Positions 36,068 to 45,371 of a stretch of DNA of 64,000 bases are shown one piece after another; the stretch's first letter is position 1; the number at the start of each line of letters is the position of its first letter. The position numbers and the translations under genes are program-made. Source of the DNA: a bacterium (GTDB lineage Bacteria > Patescibacteriota > Microgenomatia > Curtissbacterales > GWA2-41-24); NCBI GenBank assembly GCA_021813125.1, contig JAKALT010000004.1:7941-71940 (forward strand), given 5' to 3'. Under the pieces are notes generated by a model. It saw nothing but the letters and a program-made list of their open reading frames with translations. It was not told the DNA's origin and searched no databases.

Positions 36068-37432
36068 TTAGCCTGTGAAGTAGCCCAGTCCCGGTATTGG
36101 AACAATGGCAATGCCTATGAATTGCATAATCATAACGGAAAAAGCGATAAAAAGGGCACCGGCTATTGCTGCAACAATCATATCCCGACCACCAGCCATT
36201 TTTTGAGGATCACCAGATGAAGTCATAACACGTATTGATCCGATGACCATAAGGATTAAAACGATACCACCCGAAATGCCCAGAGCAATTTTCAAAAGAG
36301 TACTGGCAAAGTCGCCAAGATTGATAGGAATAGTGCCCAATGCTGTTTGACAGATGCCGCCGTTACACGGGTTCTTGCCCGCGCCGCCGCCAGCAGCAAC
36401 ACCGATGGAAAGACTATTTGTGCATTGAACCTGGCTTGGTGACCCTGGTAAGTCTGTAATATTGACAGCGTAAGTACCGACAAGCGCATCTTTAGGGATT
36501 GTTACCATGGCACCCCCTTGGGTATAGTGTATGGCTGGATCAAGTTCTACTACTCTGAACGTAGCAATATTTTTGTAATCGGGCGTACCATTTACATTTA
36601 CAAGCTCTACGGGATAATCGCCAACCGGGAACTGCTGTCCTATTACAGCAAAATCATCTCCCGCTTTTAGACCAGGTGAAGAAGCGTCGCACTTGGCAAG
36701 GGTTAAACTGACTTGAAGGTCAGGCGTACAGGTAACCGGTGGACTGGTTTCGACAACGACCGTATAAGTTCCCGGGGCAATACTTTGGGGCAGGTTAAAA
36801 TCGGATAACCAAAAATCCCAGGGGAAGCTAATGTAACTTACGCTCCCTATGTGATAGTAGCCCGGATTGATATCAACGGCATACGAAGCGTTTTTGTCGT
36901 CAAGAGCTGAGCCGTGCAGGGTCACACCAAATTTACCCCCCGGTGTGTCTTGCGGTGTTTGCACGGTGCAACCTAGGGGTATGTTGGGTTTGTTTCCGGG
37001 TGAGCCGTCGCCGAATATTACTGTGTATGAGATATCGTTACCACATGTGGTTCCATCCTGGTCTTTGACAGTAATTGTTAATGTGTCGGCATTTAGGTCA
37101 AATCCACCAAACTGTAGATCGGAGAGCGGGATTTTTTCGTAGTATGAATTGCTGCTGTCTAGAATACCAATGTCGGAATGACCGGTAGGGTCAGTGATTC
37201 GAAAATTATAGTTGTTGCCCGGCGTATGGATTGTCATCCAAAATTCAAGGGGAGGGCTTGTAGCGTTTGCTGGATATACGTGCTGATTAATCCAGAAATT
37301 GCAAGTTGCTGCATCTGCCGGTTTTGGGTTTTGCGCAATTAAAACTGCATAAAATAGGATTGGAAGCGTCAAGAAGACTACAAGCCTAAAGAAGGCCTTT
37401 ATTTGCATGCTTAATTTCAGTTTAGCACCCAT
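36068..37432 (-). CDS. Variable-N-terminus protein with C-terminal pilin domain
   Basis: Signal peptide; C-terminal QTALGTIP...GSIRVMTSSGDPQKMAGGRDMIVAAIAG, nearly identical to the neighbour's C-terminus. Confidence 0.8.
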   Translation of the reverse strand: MGAKLKLSMQIKAFFRLVVFLTLPILFYAVLIAQNPKPADAATCNFWINQHVYPANATSPPLEFWMTIHTPGNNYNFRITDPTGHSDIGILDSSNSYYEKIPLSDLQFGGFDLNADTLTITVKDQDGTTCGNDISYTVIFGDGSPGNKPNIPLGCTVQTPQDTPGGKFGVTLHGSALDDKNASYAVDINPGYYHIGSVSYISFPWDFWLSDFNLPQSIAPGTYTVVVETSPPVTCTPDLQVSLTLAKCDASSPGLKAGDDFAVIGQQFPVGDYPVELVNVNGTPDYKNIATFRVVELDPAIHYTQGGAMVTIPKDALVGTYAVNITDLPGSPSQVQCTNSLSIGVAAGGGAGKNPCNGGICQTALGTIPINLGDFASTLLKIALGISGGIVLILMVIGSIRVMTSSGDPQKMAGGRDMIVAAIAGALFIAFSVMIMQFIGIAIVPIPGLGYFTG

Positions 37433-37490
37433 TTTGGGTTGGCGTCTAATTGGTTTGGTCTAACGACGCAAGACTAGGATTTACCGGGTC

Positions 37491-37626
37491 GGTATATCAG
37501 CAGGTCGCCTTGGCACCTTTCAGTCACATTAAAGGCGCTGTTCTGATATACCCGATGCTGACGCATCAGTTATATCAGCCAATTGCGAGCAATTTCTGAT
37601 GTATCCCATCACTATGTGATGGGATA
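37491..37626. repeat. Cluster of four adjacent palindromes
   Basis: GGTATATCAG...CTGATATACC, GATGC-TGAC-GCATC, TATATCAG...CTGATGTA, TATCCCATCAC-TAT-GTGATGGGATA. Confidence 0.8.
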
Positions 37627-37642
37627 TAATGTGTGGGCTCCA

Positions 37643-39283
37643 ATGAGGAAAGTTTTTGCCCTGATTTTACTGGTTTTGTTGCTTGGTCTGTTTTTTATTC
37701 ATAATGTCAGGGCCGATGAACTTGAAGATTTGCAAAAGCAGATAAACGACCTTCAACACCAACTGGATCTTTCTAAAAACGCAACAACGCCGCTTGAGTC
37801 TCAGGTGAAGGATCTGGACGGTCAACTTTCGGCAATCGGGGCAAGACTTAATGCGATTTCTGCCGATTTGGTGCAAAGCGAGAAGGATATTTTGGAGCAG
37901 AAAAAAGTTTTGGCAGGAACTGTTAGGAATTATTACATCCAGAGTTTTGTGGATATTCCGCTTTTGACGCTTTTTGCGACAAGAGACGCAACGGATACTC
38001 TAAGAATTATTGCTTTTCAACAACTTTCCAGTAAAAGTGACCGGGAGATAATTTCGACTATTTCCGAGCGGGTTGCCAAGCTTGCCGATGATAAAAAACG
38101 TTTGGCTTCGGCTAAAGCCCAAATAGATAAACAGTCACAATTTTTAAAAGGGGAGATTGCTTCGGCAAAATCGTTCCAGAGCCAGCTTGAAGGTCAGATT
38201 TCGGCTCTAAGTGCCAGGCAACAGGAAATTTTGTCGGAAAAGTCTGGCACATTTCAAACGACGGTTGGGGATGTTCCTCTAGCTGACGATGTTGCGAGCA
38301 GGCCGGATTACAATCCCGGTTTTTCACCCGCATTTGCTGCATTTTCTTTTGGAGCTCCACACTTTAAAGGAATGAGCCAGTACGGTGCGTTGGGGAGGTC
38401 AAAACAGGGGCAAAGTTATGAGCAGATTTTGAAGGCATATTATGGAGGAGGGATTGAAATTAAGGACCAGGATCCAAACACCCAGATCAATGTGGAAGGA
38501 TATGGTACGTATTCTCTCGAGGAGTATGCAAAGCGAATATACGAGATGCCTGGAAGCTGGGGAGATGAAGGAGGAATGGAAGCACTAAAGGCACAAGCTA
38601 TTGCGGCAAGAAGCTACGTATTGGCACGCGGCGGGTCGATTTGTGCAACAGAATCATGTCAAGTATTCAAGCCGGAACCAAAAGGAGGTAATTGGGAACA
38701 GGCGGTCAATGCGACGCGGGGCAAAGTTTTGTATGCAAATGGCCAGCCGTTTTCGACTTGGTACGCTTCAACTTCAGGAGGATATCAGGAATCTTATAGC
38801 TCAAACGGTTATTCAACGCCAGGTTTTTGGGATACTCCAAACGGGCGAAGCGGTTGGACGAGTCAGGCTTATGAAAAAATTGCGGGCAGTCCATGGTTTT
38901 ATAAGGGTTGGTACAGGAGTAGATCAGGTGATAGTTGTGGTAGAAGTCATCCGTGGTTGACCAGCGAGGAGATGGCAGATATTTTGAACGGCTGGAAAGT
39001 GCTCTCTGAAGGGGGAGGCGATGGCTCGAGAGTGACACCATTAGGTTCCTGCTGGGGCGGAAATCCGTATAGTATGGGTGAACTCCGCTCGATTGGTGGG
39101 TTCACAAGTGTGTCAGGTGTAAGCGTTTCATACTCTGATGGCGGAGTCACTGCGAGTGTTGTATTTCAAACTAATAAAGGAAGTGTGACTATTAATGGCA
39201 ATGATTTTTATAAAGTATTTAATTTGCGAGCACCAGGGAGAATATCTTTGAAGTCTGGCCTTTACAACATAGAGAAGAAGTAA
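37643..39283 (+). CDS. Coiled-coil + SpoIID/LytB domain protein
   Basis: Signal peptide MRKVFAL (ATG 37643, TATAAT just upstream), coiled coil, HFKGMSQYGA, YEQILKAYY, EALKAQAIAARSY, ICATESCQVF. Confidence 0.88.
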   Translation: MRKVFALILLVLLLGLFFIHNVRADELEDLQKQINDLQHQLDLSKNATTPLESQVKDLDGQLSAIGARLNAISADLVQSEKDILEQKKVLAGTVRNYYIQSFVDIPLLTLFATRDATDTLRIIAFQQLSSKSDREIISTISERVAKLADDKKRLASAKAQIDKQSQFLKGEIASAKSFQSQLEGQISALSARQQEILSEKSGTFQTTVGDVPLADDVASRPDYNPGFSPAFAAFSFGAPHFKGMSQYGALGRSKQGQSYEQILKAYYGGGIEIKDQDPNTQINVEGYGTYSLEEYAKRIYEMPGSWGDEGGMEALKAQAIAARSYVLARGGSICATESCQVFKPEPKGGNWEQAVNATRGKVLYANGQPFSTWYASTSGGYQESYSSNGYSTPGFWDTPNGRSGWTSQAYEKIAGSPWFYKGWYRSRSGDSCGRSHPWLTSEEMADILNGWKVLSEGGGDGSRVTPLGSCWGGNPYSMGELRSIGGFTSVSGVSVSYSDGGVTASVVFQTNKGSVTINGNDFYKVFNLRAPGRISLKSGLYNIEKK

Positions 39284-39313
39284 TCCCAAAATTGTTATAT
39301 TGTTAACAATGCA

Positions 39314-40690
39314 ATGATAATGGGCTTGATTATCAAGTACAGATTTCACTTATTGATATTTTTGCTAAGCTTTTTGGTTTTGACCCGTTTTAACATTGAC
39401 GGCGATTTGGGTTGGCATATAGCCTATGGCCGCGAATTTTTAAGGTCGGGTGTTATTATTGCCAACGACCCTTTTTCCTGGACAATAAAAGGCCACTTTT
39501 GGGCTAATTCTTACTTTTTTTACCAAATTTTAGTTGCCTGGCTTTTTGAAAATGCCGGCTATTTGGCAACTGTAATTTTATTTGGGGTTATCTCTGCAGC
39601 GCCGGTGGTTTTGCTCTTGCCAAAAAAGTTAAATAAGTTGGCGCCTTTTGCGGTTTTGGTTGGCGTTTTGATGGCTTCTGCAAGCCTTGGTATAAAACCG
39701 CACACTTTCGATTTTTTGTTTTATGCAATTTTATTGTTTTTGATCGAACGTAAACTTTACAAAAACTTTAAGCTTGTGCCATTTTGGTTTTTATTTTTTG
39801 CCATTTGGGCAAATTTTCATGTCGGGTTTTTAATTGGCCTTTTTGCTTTTTCGGGCTTTGTTGTTTTGGATTTACTCAAGCGAAAAAAGTTTCCCGGTTA
39901 TGAGTCGGCTTTGCTTTTAGCAGTTGCATGGTTGGGAACACTGGCAACGCCATTTAATTTCCAAATTTGGAAAGCAATTTTTTTTGATTCTACGAGTCCA
40001 TTGGGACTACTTTATGTTTATGAGTGGCAACCTATCATTTATTCTCTGAAATTCACTTTACTTTTTGTTTTAAGCGGTTTAATTTTTCTTTACATTTTTC
40101 GAAAAAAATACCAAAAAATTGACCCTGAGTGGTTTCTTTTGGGGACGGTTCTTTTTATGCTGCCTTTTATAAGCACCTTTTATCTGATTTTTTGGGCTGA
40201 GTATTTCATTTTTATCACTTCTCGATATTTTGATATAAAAACCGATTTGTCTAAAATTTTGATTACTTTGATACTGGTTGTTTTGGTTTTGGGGGCGATT
40301 ATTAACTTTGGAAAGCAGCTTACCAAGTCAAAGACCTTAAATGAGCGGTTTATGGCAGACGGTTATCCGGTTGAAGCGATGAATTATATTGTGTCACATG
40401 GCTATACAGACCAACTTTTTAACCATTTTAATTGGGGCGGATTTATCGATTGGCAGTATCCAAATGTTACGGTTTTTATTGACGGCAGAATGAATGGCTG
40501 GAGACAAGACGATGGAAGATACATTTTTGACGAATTCATTCAAATTGTGCGGGGCAAGTGCGATTCATTTTCCAGGTACGATCCTAAAGTTGCGCTTGTG
40601 ACCAAAGGTTCCAGCGAAAAATGTTTCAGCGGGTGGCGGACTGTATATTCAGATAGTATTTCAAAAGTTTTGGTAAAGCAGAATGAATAA
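39314..40690 (+). CDS. GT-C-like polytopic membrane protein
   Basis: DGDLGWHIAYG...DPFSWT, WANFHVGF, FNWGGF, VFIDGR motifs; many TMs. Confidence 0.7.
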   Translation: MIMGLIIKYRFHLLIFLLSFLVLTRFNIDGDLGWHIAYGREFLRSGVIIANDPFSWTIKGHFWANSYFFYQILVAWLFENAGYLATVILFGVISAAPVVLLLPKKLNKLAPFAVLVGVLMASASLGIKPHTFDFLFYAILLFLIERKLYKNFKLVPFWFLFFAIWANFHVGFLIGLFAFSGFVVLDLLKRKKFPGYESALLLAVAWLGTLATPFNFQIWKAIFFDSTSPLGLLYVYEWQPIIYSLKFTLLFVLSGLIFLYIFRKKYQKIDPEWFLLGTVLFMLPFISTFYLIFWAEYFIFITSRYFDIKTDLSKILITLILVVLVLGAIINFGKQLTKSKTLNERFMADGYPVEAMNYIVSHGYTDQLFNHFNWGGFIDWQYPNVTVFIDGRMNGWRQDDGRYIFDEFIQIVRGKCDSFSRYDPKVALVTKGSSEKCFSGWRTVYSDSISKVLVKQNE

Positions 40691-40722
40691 TTTTGCCTTT
40701 TGGAAGTTTATAATGGATTTAG

Positions 40723-41328
40723 ATGGACGAAAATACCGTTAAGCCTAAGCGAAGCCGCAACCCTTTTGCTATGTTTGCGCTTGCGCCCTTGGGGGTTTCT
40801 TTTGATGAGCAGGATGAGGGTGAAGATATTGTGCTACTTTTGCGGGCTCATATTGTGACTTTGGTGCCTGCGTTTTTGGAGTTTATTGTGTTTAGCATAC
40901 TTCCTTTTGTGGTGATCCCTGTTGGATCATTAATTGGCTTTAATATATCTGGCTTTTTCGGTGCAACGCAGCTTTGGATTTTAATTATTTGCTGGTATGT
41001 ATTTTTAGCGGGTTTTGTGTTTTTCCGGTTTATTTTTTGGTATTTTAACGTTTATCTTTTGACAAATGAAAGAATTATAGACTTTGATTTTCGGGGAATT
41101 TTACACAAGGAAACATCTTATGCAAATTTGACGCAAATTCAGGATGTGTCGCCGAGGATTATCGGTTTTTTTGGAACGTTTTTTCACTACGGCAATGTTT
41201 ATATTCAAACGGCAGGCGAAAAACCCGAATTTGAATTCATGAATGTGGCAAGGCCAGACGATGTGGCACGCACAATATTGGGAGAAGTCAGAGATGAGGA
41301 GACAGAAGCGCCTGGGGAGATACGTTAA
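40723..41328 (+). CDS. Bacterial PH-domain membrane protein
   Basis: Two TMs then YLLTNERIID...IQDVS...FHYGNVYIQTAG. Confidence 0.75.
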   Translation: MDENTVKPKRSRNPFAMFALAPLGVSFDEQDEGEDIVLLLRAHIVTLVPAFLEFIVFSILPFVVIPVGSLIGFNISGFFGATQLWILIICWYVFLAGFVFFRFIFWYFNVYLLTNERIIDFDFRGILHKETSYANLTQIQDVSPRIIGFFGTFFHYGNVYIQTAGEKPEFEFMNVARPDDVARTILGEVRDEETEAPGEIR

Positions 41329-41561
41329 TGGTTGTTGACGGAGCTGCAATTTTTCCCGGTTTGGGTTTGGCTATTGCCGTAAAAGCGATTTTAATTTTAC
41401 TTTTGGTCTTTAATCTAGTTTTTTCACTTATTATTTTTCGACAGATACAACTTATGGGCAAGCGCCTCCCGACACCATTGGAACCTTTTTTGAGATTTAT
41501 TGCAACAATTTATATCGGTGTGGCAGCTGCGGTTTTACTTCTGGTTATAGGGGTGTTTTAA
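41328..41561 (+). CDS. Small two-TM membrane protein
   Basis: FSLIIFRQIQLM motif between two hydrophobic helices; translationally coupled to neighbours. Confidence 0.7.
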   Translation: MVVDGAAIFPGLGLAIAVKAILILLLVFNLVFSLIIFRQIQLMGKRLPTPLEPFLRFIATIYIGVAAAVLLLVIGVF

Positions 41562-41562
41562 G

Positions 41563-43473
41563 ATGGATAGTCAAATTTCTGTTGGGATTGAAAAAATCCA
41601 TGGCCAGGCCGACTCAAACGCTGCCTGTGGAATTTTTACGAAAAGGATAACTTTCGAGGGTGGAGTAGTTGGAACGATAGTCAGCACTATTTTGGTTTTA
41701 GGATCAGAGGGAGATGATAACCAAACTTATCTTCGGGATATTTTTGAATTATCAGCCGAGAAATTGGAAAACGGTGACGGTAAACCACTTGAGGTTTTAA
41801 AAGAAGCCGGTGAGGCATGCCGCAGTTATATTGAGCAAAGAAATCTTAACGTAAGCTTTGTAAATGCGCTTGTTTATAAAAATGCTTTCTATTTCGGCAG
41901 ATATAAGGAAGACGTGCGCATTTGGGTGTTTGCCGGTAAGAATTCGTCGGAGCTTAAATTTGAATACGGTTCCGGACTTTTAAACCCGACACAGATTTTT
42001 TTAATAGGGACTCAAAAGTTTTTTTTGACTTTTGACACTTCTGTTCTTTCCGGAGGTGCCGCCTTAGATTTGGAAGGAATAATAGACGGACTGGCAACAG
42101 AAATTTCGGCTGAGGAGAGCCAAAGCGAAATAGGGGTGGCGATTGTTTACGTTAAGAACGAGGGGGAGAACTTGGTTCCTGTTGATAAAGGTGAGAAGTT
42201 AGAGGGAAAGGTTGACCAGAAATTGGAAGTTTCTCCAGATGTGGCAGTAGAAGAGGTTGAAAAGAGACAAGATGGGCAAGAGTTACCGCCGCAGTTTCCA
42301 ACAGTGCAGAGTAGTGGAAACCGGCTGGCATTTGTAAGTTTTTTCCTATCATCTTCCATTTCGACAATAGTCAGAATCGCCAAGACGGTTATCTCTGAGG
42401 CCGGCAAGCTAAAAAGGGGTGACGGTATGGCTATTTTGAGGTTAAGGCGCAATATAGTAGTGGTTGCCTTTCTGATACTTTTGATTTTAGGAATTTCAGT
42501 TCTTGTTGCAATTCGTTCGGAAGGCAGCAAGAAAAAGCTTGTCGATTTTAACGATCACATGAAAGCGGCGTCTTCTAAGCTTGCAGAAGGAGAAGCGATA
42601 TTGGATCTTAATCGTGACAGAGCAAGAACGGCGCTTTCGGATGCAGACAGAGAAGTAAAGGCGGCTTTGGTTATAGAGCCAAAAAGTGCTGATGCTCGTG
42701 ATTTGGAAACTAAAATCTCTGAAAAGCTTAAAGCAACCGAAGATAAAACAGGTGTTAACTTTCAAACGTTTGCCGATTTGAGTGAGCCGGTTTTTGGCCT
42801 TTCCGCTTCGGGAAATAATTTGGTAGCCTTTTCAAGCAGCAAGATGTACCAGATTGATAGTGATGGTAAGGTCAAGGACAAAACGGATACGGGAGGCAAT
42901 GTTAATAGCGGTTTTTTTACAAATGACAGCGGTTTTTTCATAAGCGGAGGAAAAGTTTTCAGGCAAGGTTTTTCCGATAGTAAGCCAAAGGAAATTGCAG
43001 ACAGCGGCGGTTATACCGATATATCTGTGTTTTTGGGTAATGTCTATCTTTTGGGTTCCAGCCAAATAGCAAAATACGTTCCAATTGAGGGCGGTTATGC
43101 CAAAAGCGTTGATTATCTTAACAATCCGGAACAGTTTTCCATAAATTCACGTTTGGCAATTGACGGATCTGTTTGGGTTACAAACGGAAAAAACGTTAAT
43201 AAGTATATGAGGGGAGCGAAGGAAGACTTTTCTATTACGGGGCTCCAAGACACTAATGGAGAATTCGGAGAAATATTTACCAGTCCGCAAAGTGACAACT
43301 TGTATGTTGTCGATATTTCCAATTCTGCACTTTTGGTAATTAACAAGGACGGTGTTTACCAGAAGGCTTACCAGTCACCGGAATTTGCTAAAGCAACTTC
43401 TATAGTAGTTGATGAGTCGGCCGGGAAAATGTATATTTCCAGTGGTAGCAAGATTTTGCAGGCCAGCCTCTAG
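41563..43473 (+). CDS. Single-pass membrane protein with C-terminal beta-propeller-like domain
   Basis: Central TM, helical segment, repeated blades (GNVYLL, IDGSVWV, NLYVVD, KMYI). Confidence 0.75.
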   Translation: MDSQISVGIEKIHGQADSNAACGIFTKRITFEGGVVGTIVSTILVLGSEGDDNQTYLRDIFELSAEKLENGDGKPLEVLKEAGEACRSYIEQRNLNVSFVNALVYKNAFYFGRYKEDVRIWVFAGKNSSELKFEYGSGLLNPTQIFLIGTQKFFLTFDTSVLSGGAALDLEGIIDGLATEISAEESQSEIGVAIVYVKNEGENLVPVDKGEKLEGKVDQKLEVSPDVAVEEVEKRQDGQELPPQFPTVQSSGNRLAFVSFFLSSSISTIVRIAKTVISEAGKLKRGDGMAILRLRRNIVVVAFLILLILGISVLVAIRSEGSKKKLVDFNDHMKAASSKLAEGEAILDLNRDRARTALSDADREVKAALVIEPKSADARDLETKISEKLKATEDKTGVNFQTFADLSEPVFGLSASGNNLVAFSSSKMYQIDSDGKVKDKTDTGGNVNSGFFTNDSGFFISGGKVFRQGFSDSKPKEIADSGGYTDISVFLGNVYLLGSSQIAKYVPIEGGYAKSVDYLNNPEQFSINSRLAIDGSVWVTNGKNVNKYMRGAKEDFSITGLQDTNGEFGEIFTSPQSDNLYVVDISNSALLVINKDGVYQKAYQSPEFAKATSIVVDESAGKMYISSGSKILQASL

Positions 43474-43498
43474 AATTTCTGCCTTGATTTGAGAATAT

Positions 43499-43930
43499 AT
43501 GAAAATTTTCAACCGCAAAGCCCGTTTTAAATACCAGTTTTTAGAAAAAGCCGAAGCAGGAATTGTTTTGACGGGAGCTGATATTAAATCGATTAGGGCA
43601 GGTCGGGTTGATCTTTCGGAGGCCTTTGCCAGGATTCGTGACGGGGAGGTTTTTTTGGTGAATGCCAATATATTGCCATGGATGGGATCGCAGAAGTATG
43701 GTGATCCACGAAGGGATAGAAAGTTGCTACTTCACAGGAAGCAGATCCTGAATTGGCAGGGAAAAATGTCCGGCGGCAATTTGGCACTCGTGCCTGTTTC
43801 GATATATTTGAAGGGAAATTTGGCAAAGGTGGAGCTGGCGCTTTCCAAGTCCAAAGCGAAATTTGATAAACGTGCGGCTCTCCGCAAAAAGACAATCAAG
43901 CGCGATATTGAACGGGAAATAAGGGGATAA
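43499..43930 (+). CDS. smpB: SsrA-binding protein SmpB
   Basis: NRKARFKY...EAGIVLTGADIKSIRAG, RKLLLHRKQI, DKR; next to tmRNA. Confidence 0.97.
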   Translation: MKIFNRKARFKYQFLEKAEAGIVLTGADIKSIRAGRVDLSEAFARIRDGEVFLVNANILPWMGSQKYGDPRRDRKLLLHRKQILNWQGKMSGGNLALVPVSIYLKGNLAKVELALSKSKAKFDKRAALRKKTIKRDIEREIRG

Positions 43931-43946
43931 AAGTAGGTCTTTACGG

Positions 43947-44222
43947 CTATTTAGGGAAAACAAATTCCACCCTAACGAAATCCGGTTTTGCGGCTATGGC
44001 ACGCAGCAGGTCAACACCCGACAATCCTTGTGCAACGACCCTATACCACGGTCTTTCATCTTCTGGTTTACTTCCTAGATTGGTATATGTCCACCAGCCC
44101 GGGTAATGCTGATTCCTTGCATCATCCAAACCTTCAGAAACTAGGCCCGCGAAGACCTCGCGAATGGTGCCGGCTTGTGAGTCGGTTATTTTTAATCTGT
44201 CCGATTCAATTGCGTTTGCCAT
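43947..44222 (-). CDS. Hypothetical protein directly downstream of tmRNA
   Basis: 91-aa ATG ORF that fills the smpB-ssrA gap. Confidence 0.5.
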   Translation of the reverse strand: MANAIESDRLKITDSQAGTIREVFAGLVSEGLDDARNQHYPGWWTYTNLGSKPEDERPWYRVVAQGLSGVDLLRAIAAKPDFVRVEFVFPK

Positions 44223-44228
44223 ATTTTG

Positions 44229-44643
44229 TGGAGATGCCGGGTATTGGGCCCGGGTCCAGAATTACAATTTGTAAACATCTACAAGCTTAGTTTATCTATT
44301 AAATCTTGCCGCAATTTAAAACCGATAAACAGGATAAATTTTGGCAAAGACCAAATTTTTGCCCACCCGTTTGGTCAAAACGACTGGACTATCCCGGCTG
44401 AGTTATTGCCCAAAAAGTTCCACCGGGAAAAAACTTTAAGGACAAGCCTTATTGCTACTTAAAAATTGTTAAGCAGCTAAAAAGGCTGGAGCTGCGCTAG
44501 GAGCAAATGCGCTCCTAATAAACGCAATTCCTTGTGCAATTTTAGATTTTGCACGTAATTTTGAACCAAAGCCTGACGCGCTTTAGATTCGTATTCGGCT
44601 TGCAGTTTGTCAAAGTGCGATCCTGTCGAAACAATACATCCCC
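44229..44643 (-). ncRNA. ssrA: tmRNA
   Basis: 5' GGGGATGTATTGTTTCGAC and 3' GGACCCGGG-CCCAATA-CCCGG-CATCTCC-A give an acceptor stem with G3:U70. Tag frame at 44552-44469 reads AKSKIAQGIAFIRSAFAPSAAPAFLAA*. Confidence 0.93.
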
Positions 44644-44699
44644 AGGAAGCGAAATTATAGCAAAGAATAGATCTATTTTCAAAATTGATATCATGAATT

Positions 44700-45371
44700 A
44701 TGGATCTTCTTGATTTCATTTTCCCGAAAACTTGTGTTTCGTGTGGAAAGATTGGGAGTTATATTTGCCGAAAGTGTTTTTCCAAGATTGAATTTGTTGG
44801 AAATCCGGTTTGTCCCGAATGTCAACGCCAGGCAATTGGCGGGAAGACACACCCCGGTTGCAAGAGAAAATACGGACTTGATGGTCTAGTTGTGGCCACA
44901 AAATATAAAGGTCCGGTTAGAGCGGCAATCCAAAAAGTTAAATATCGGTTTGTTTGGGATATTCACAAAGTATTAGTTGATTTAGTTGCCGATTCTATCT
45001 GGCGATACAGCTTGCCAAAAAATGTAGTTTTGACCTCCATCCCGCTTTTTGTGCAACGCAAAAGGTGGAGAGGATTTAACCAGGCCGAGCTTTTAGCTCG
45101 AGATCTGGCAAAACGGTTCGGGGAAAAATACCAGAGCGATTTATTGGTCAGGGTTGTGGACACAAAGACGCAAGTTGGACTATCACGCGAGGAAAGAAAA
45201 GTAAATATAAAGGGAGCATTTAAAATATCTCAAAACTCAAACGTCAAATCGCAAAATTTTATTATTGTAGATGATGTATACACAACGGGAGCGACAATGA
45301 AAGAGGCGTGCAAAGTATTAAAGCGTGCGGGTGCCGGTGAGGTATGGGCAATGGCCGTTGCTTTGGACTAA
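44700..45371 (+). CDS. comF: ComF family (double Zn-ribbon + phosphoribosyltransferase)
   Basis: FPKTCVSC...ICRKC, RGFNQAELLA, TQVGLSREER, IIVDDVYTTGAT. Confidence 0.92.
   Translation: MDLLDFIFPKTCVSCGKIGSYICRKCFSKIEFVGNPVCPECQRQAIGGKTHPGCKRKYGLDGLVVATKYKGPVRAAIQKVKYRFVWDIHKVLVDLVADSIWRYSLPKNVVLTSIPLFVQRKRWRGFNQAELLARDLAKRFGEKYQSDLLVRVVDTKTQVGLSREERKVNIKGAFKISQNSNVKSQNFIIVDDVYTTGATMKEACKVLKRAGAGEVWAMAVALD

Noticed and set aside
37583-37642. Longer start for the SpoIID-like gene
   Set aside because: The extension runs through palindromes and the -10 box; the signal peptide starts at 37643.
44226-44719. ORFs 44226-44462 (+) and 44477-44719 (-)
   Set aside because: They overlap the tmRNA and are shadows of it.
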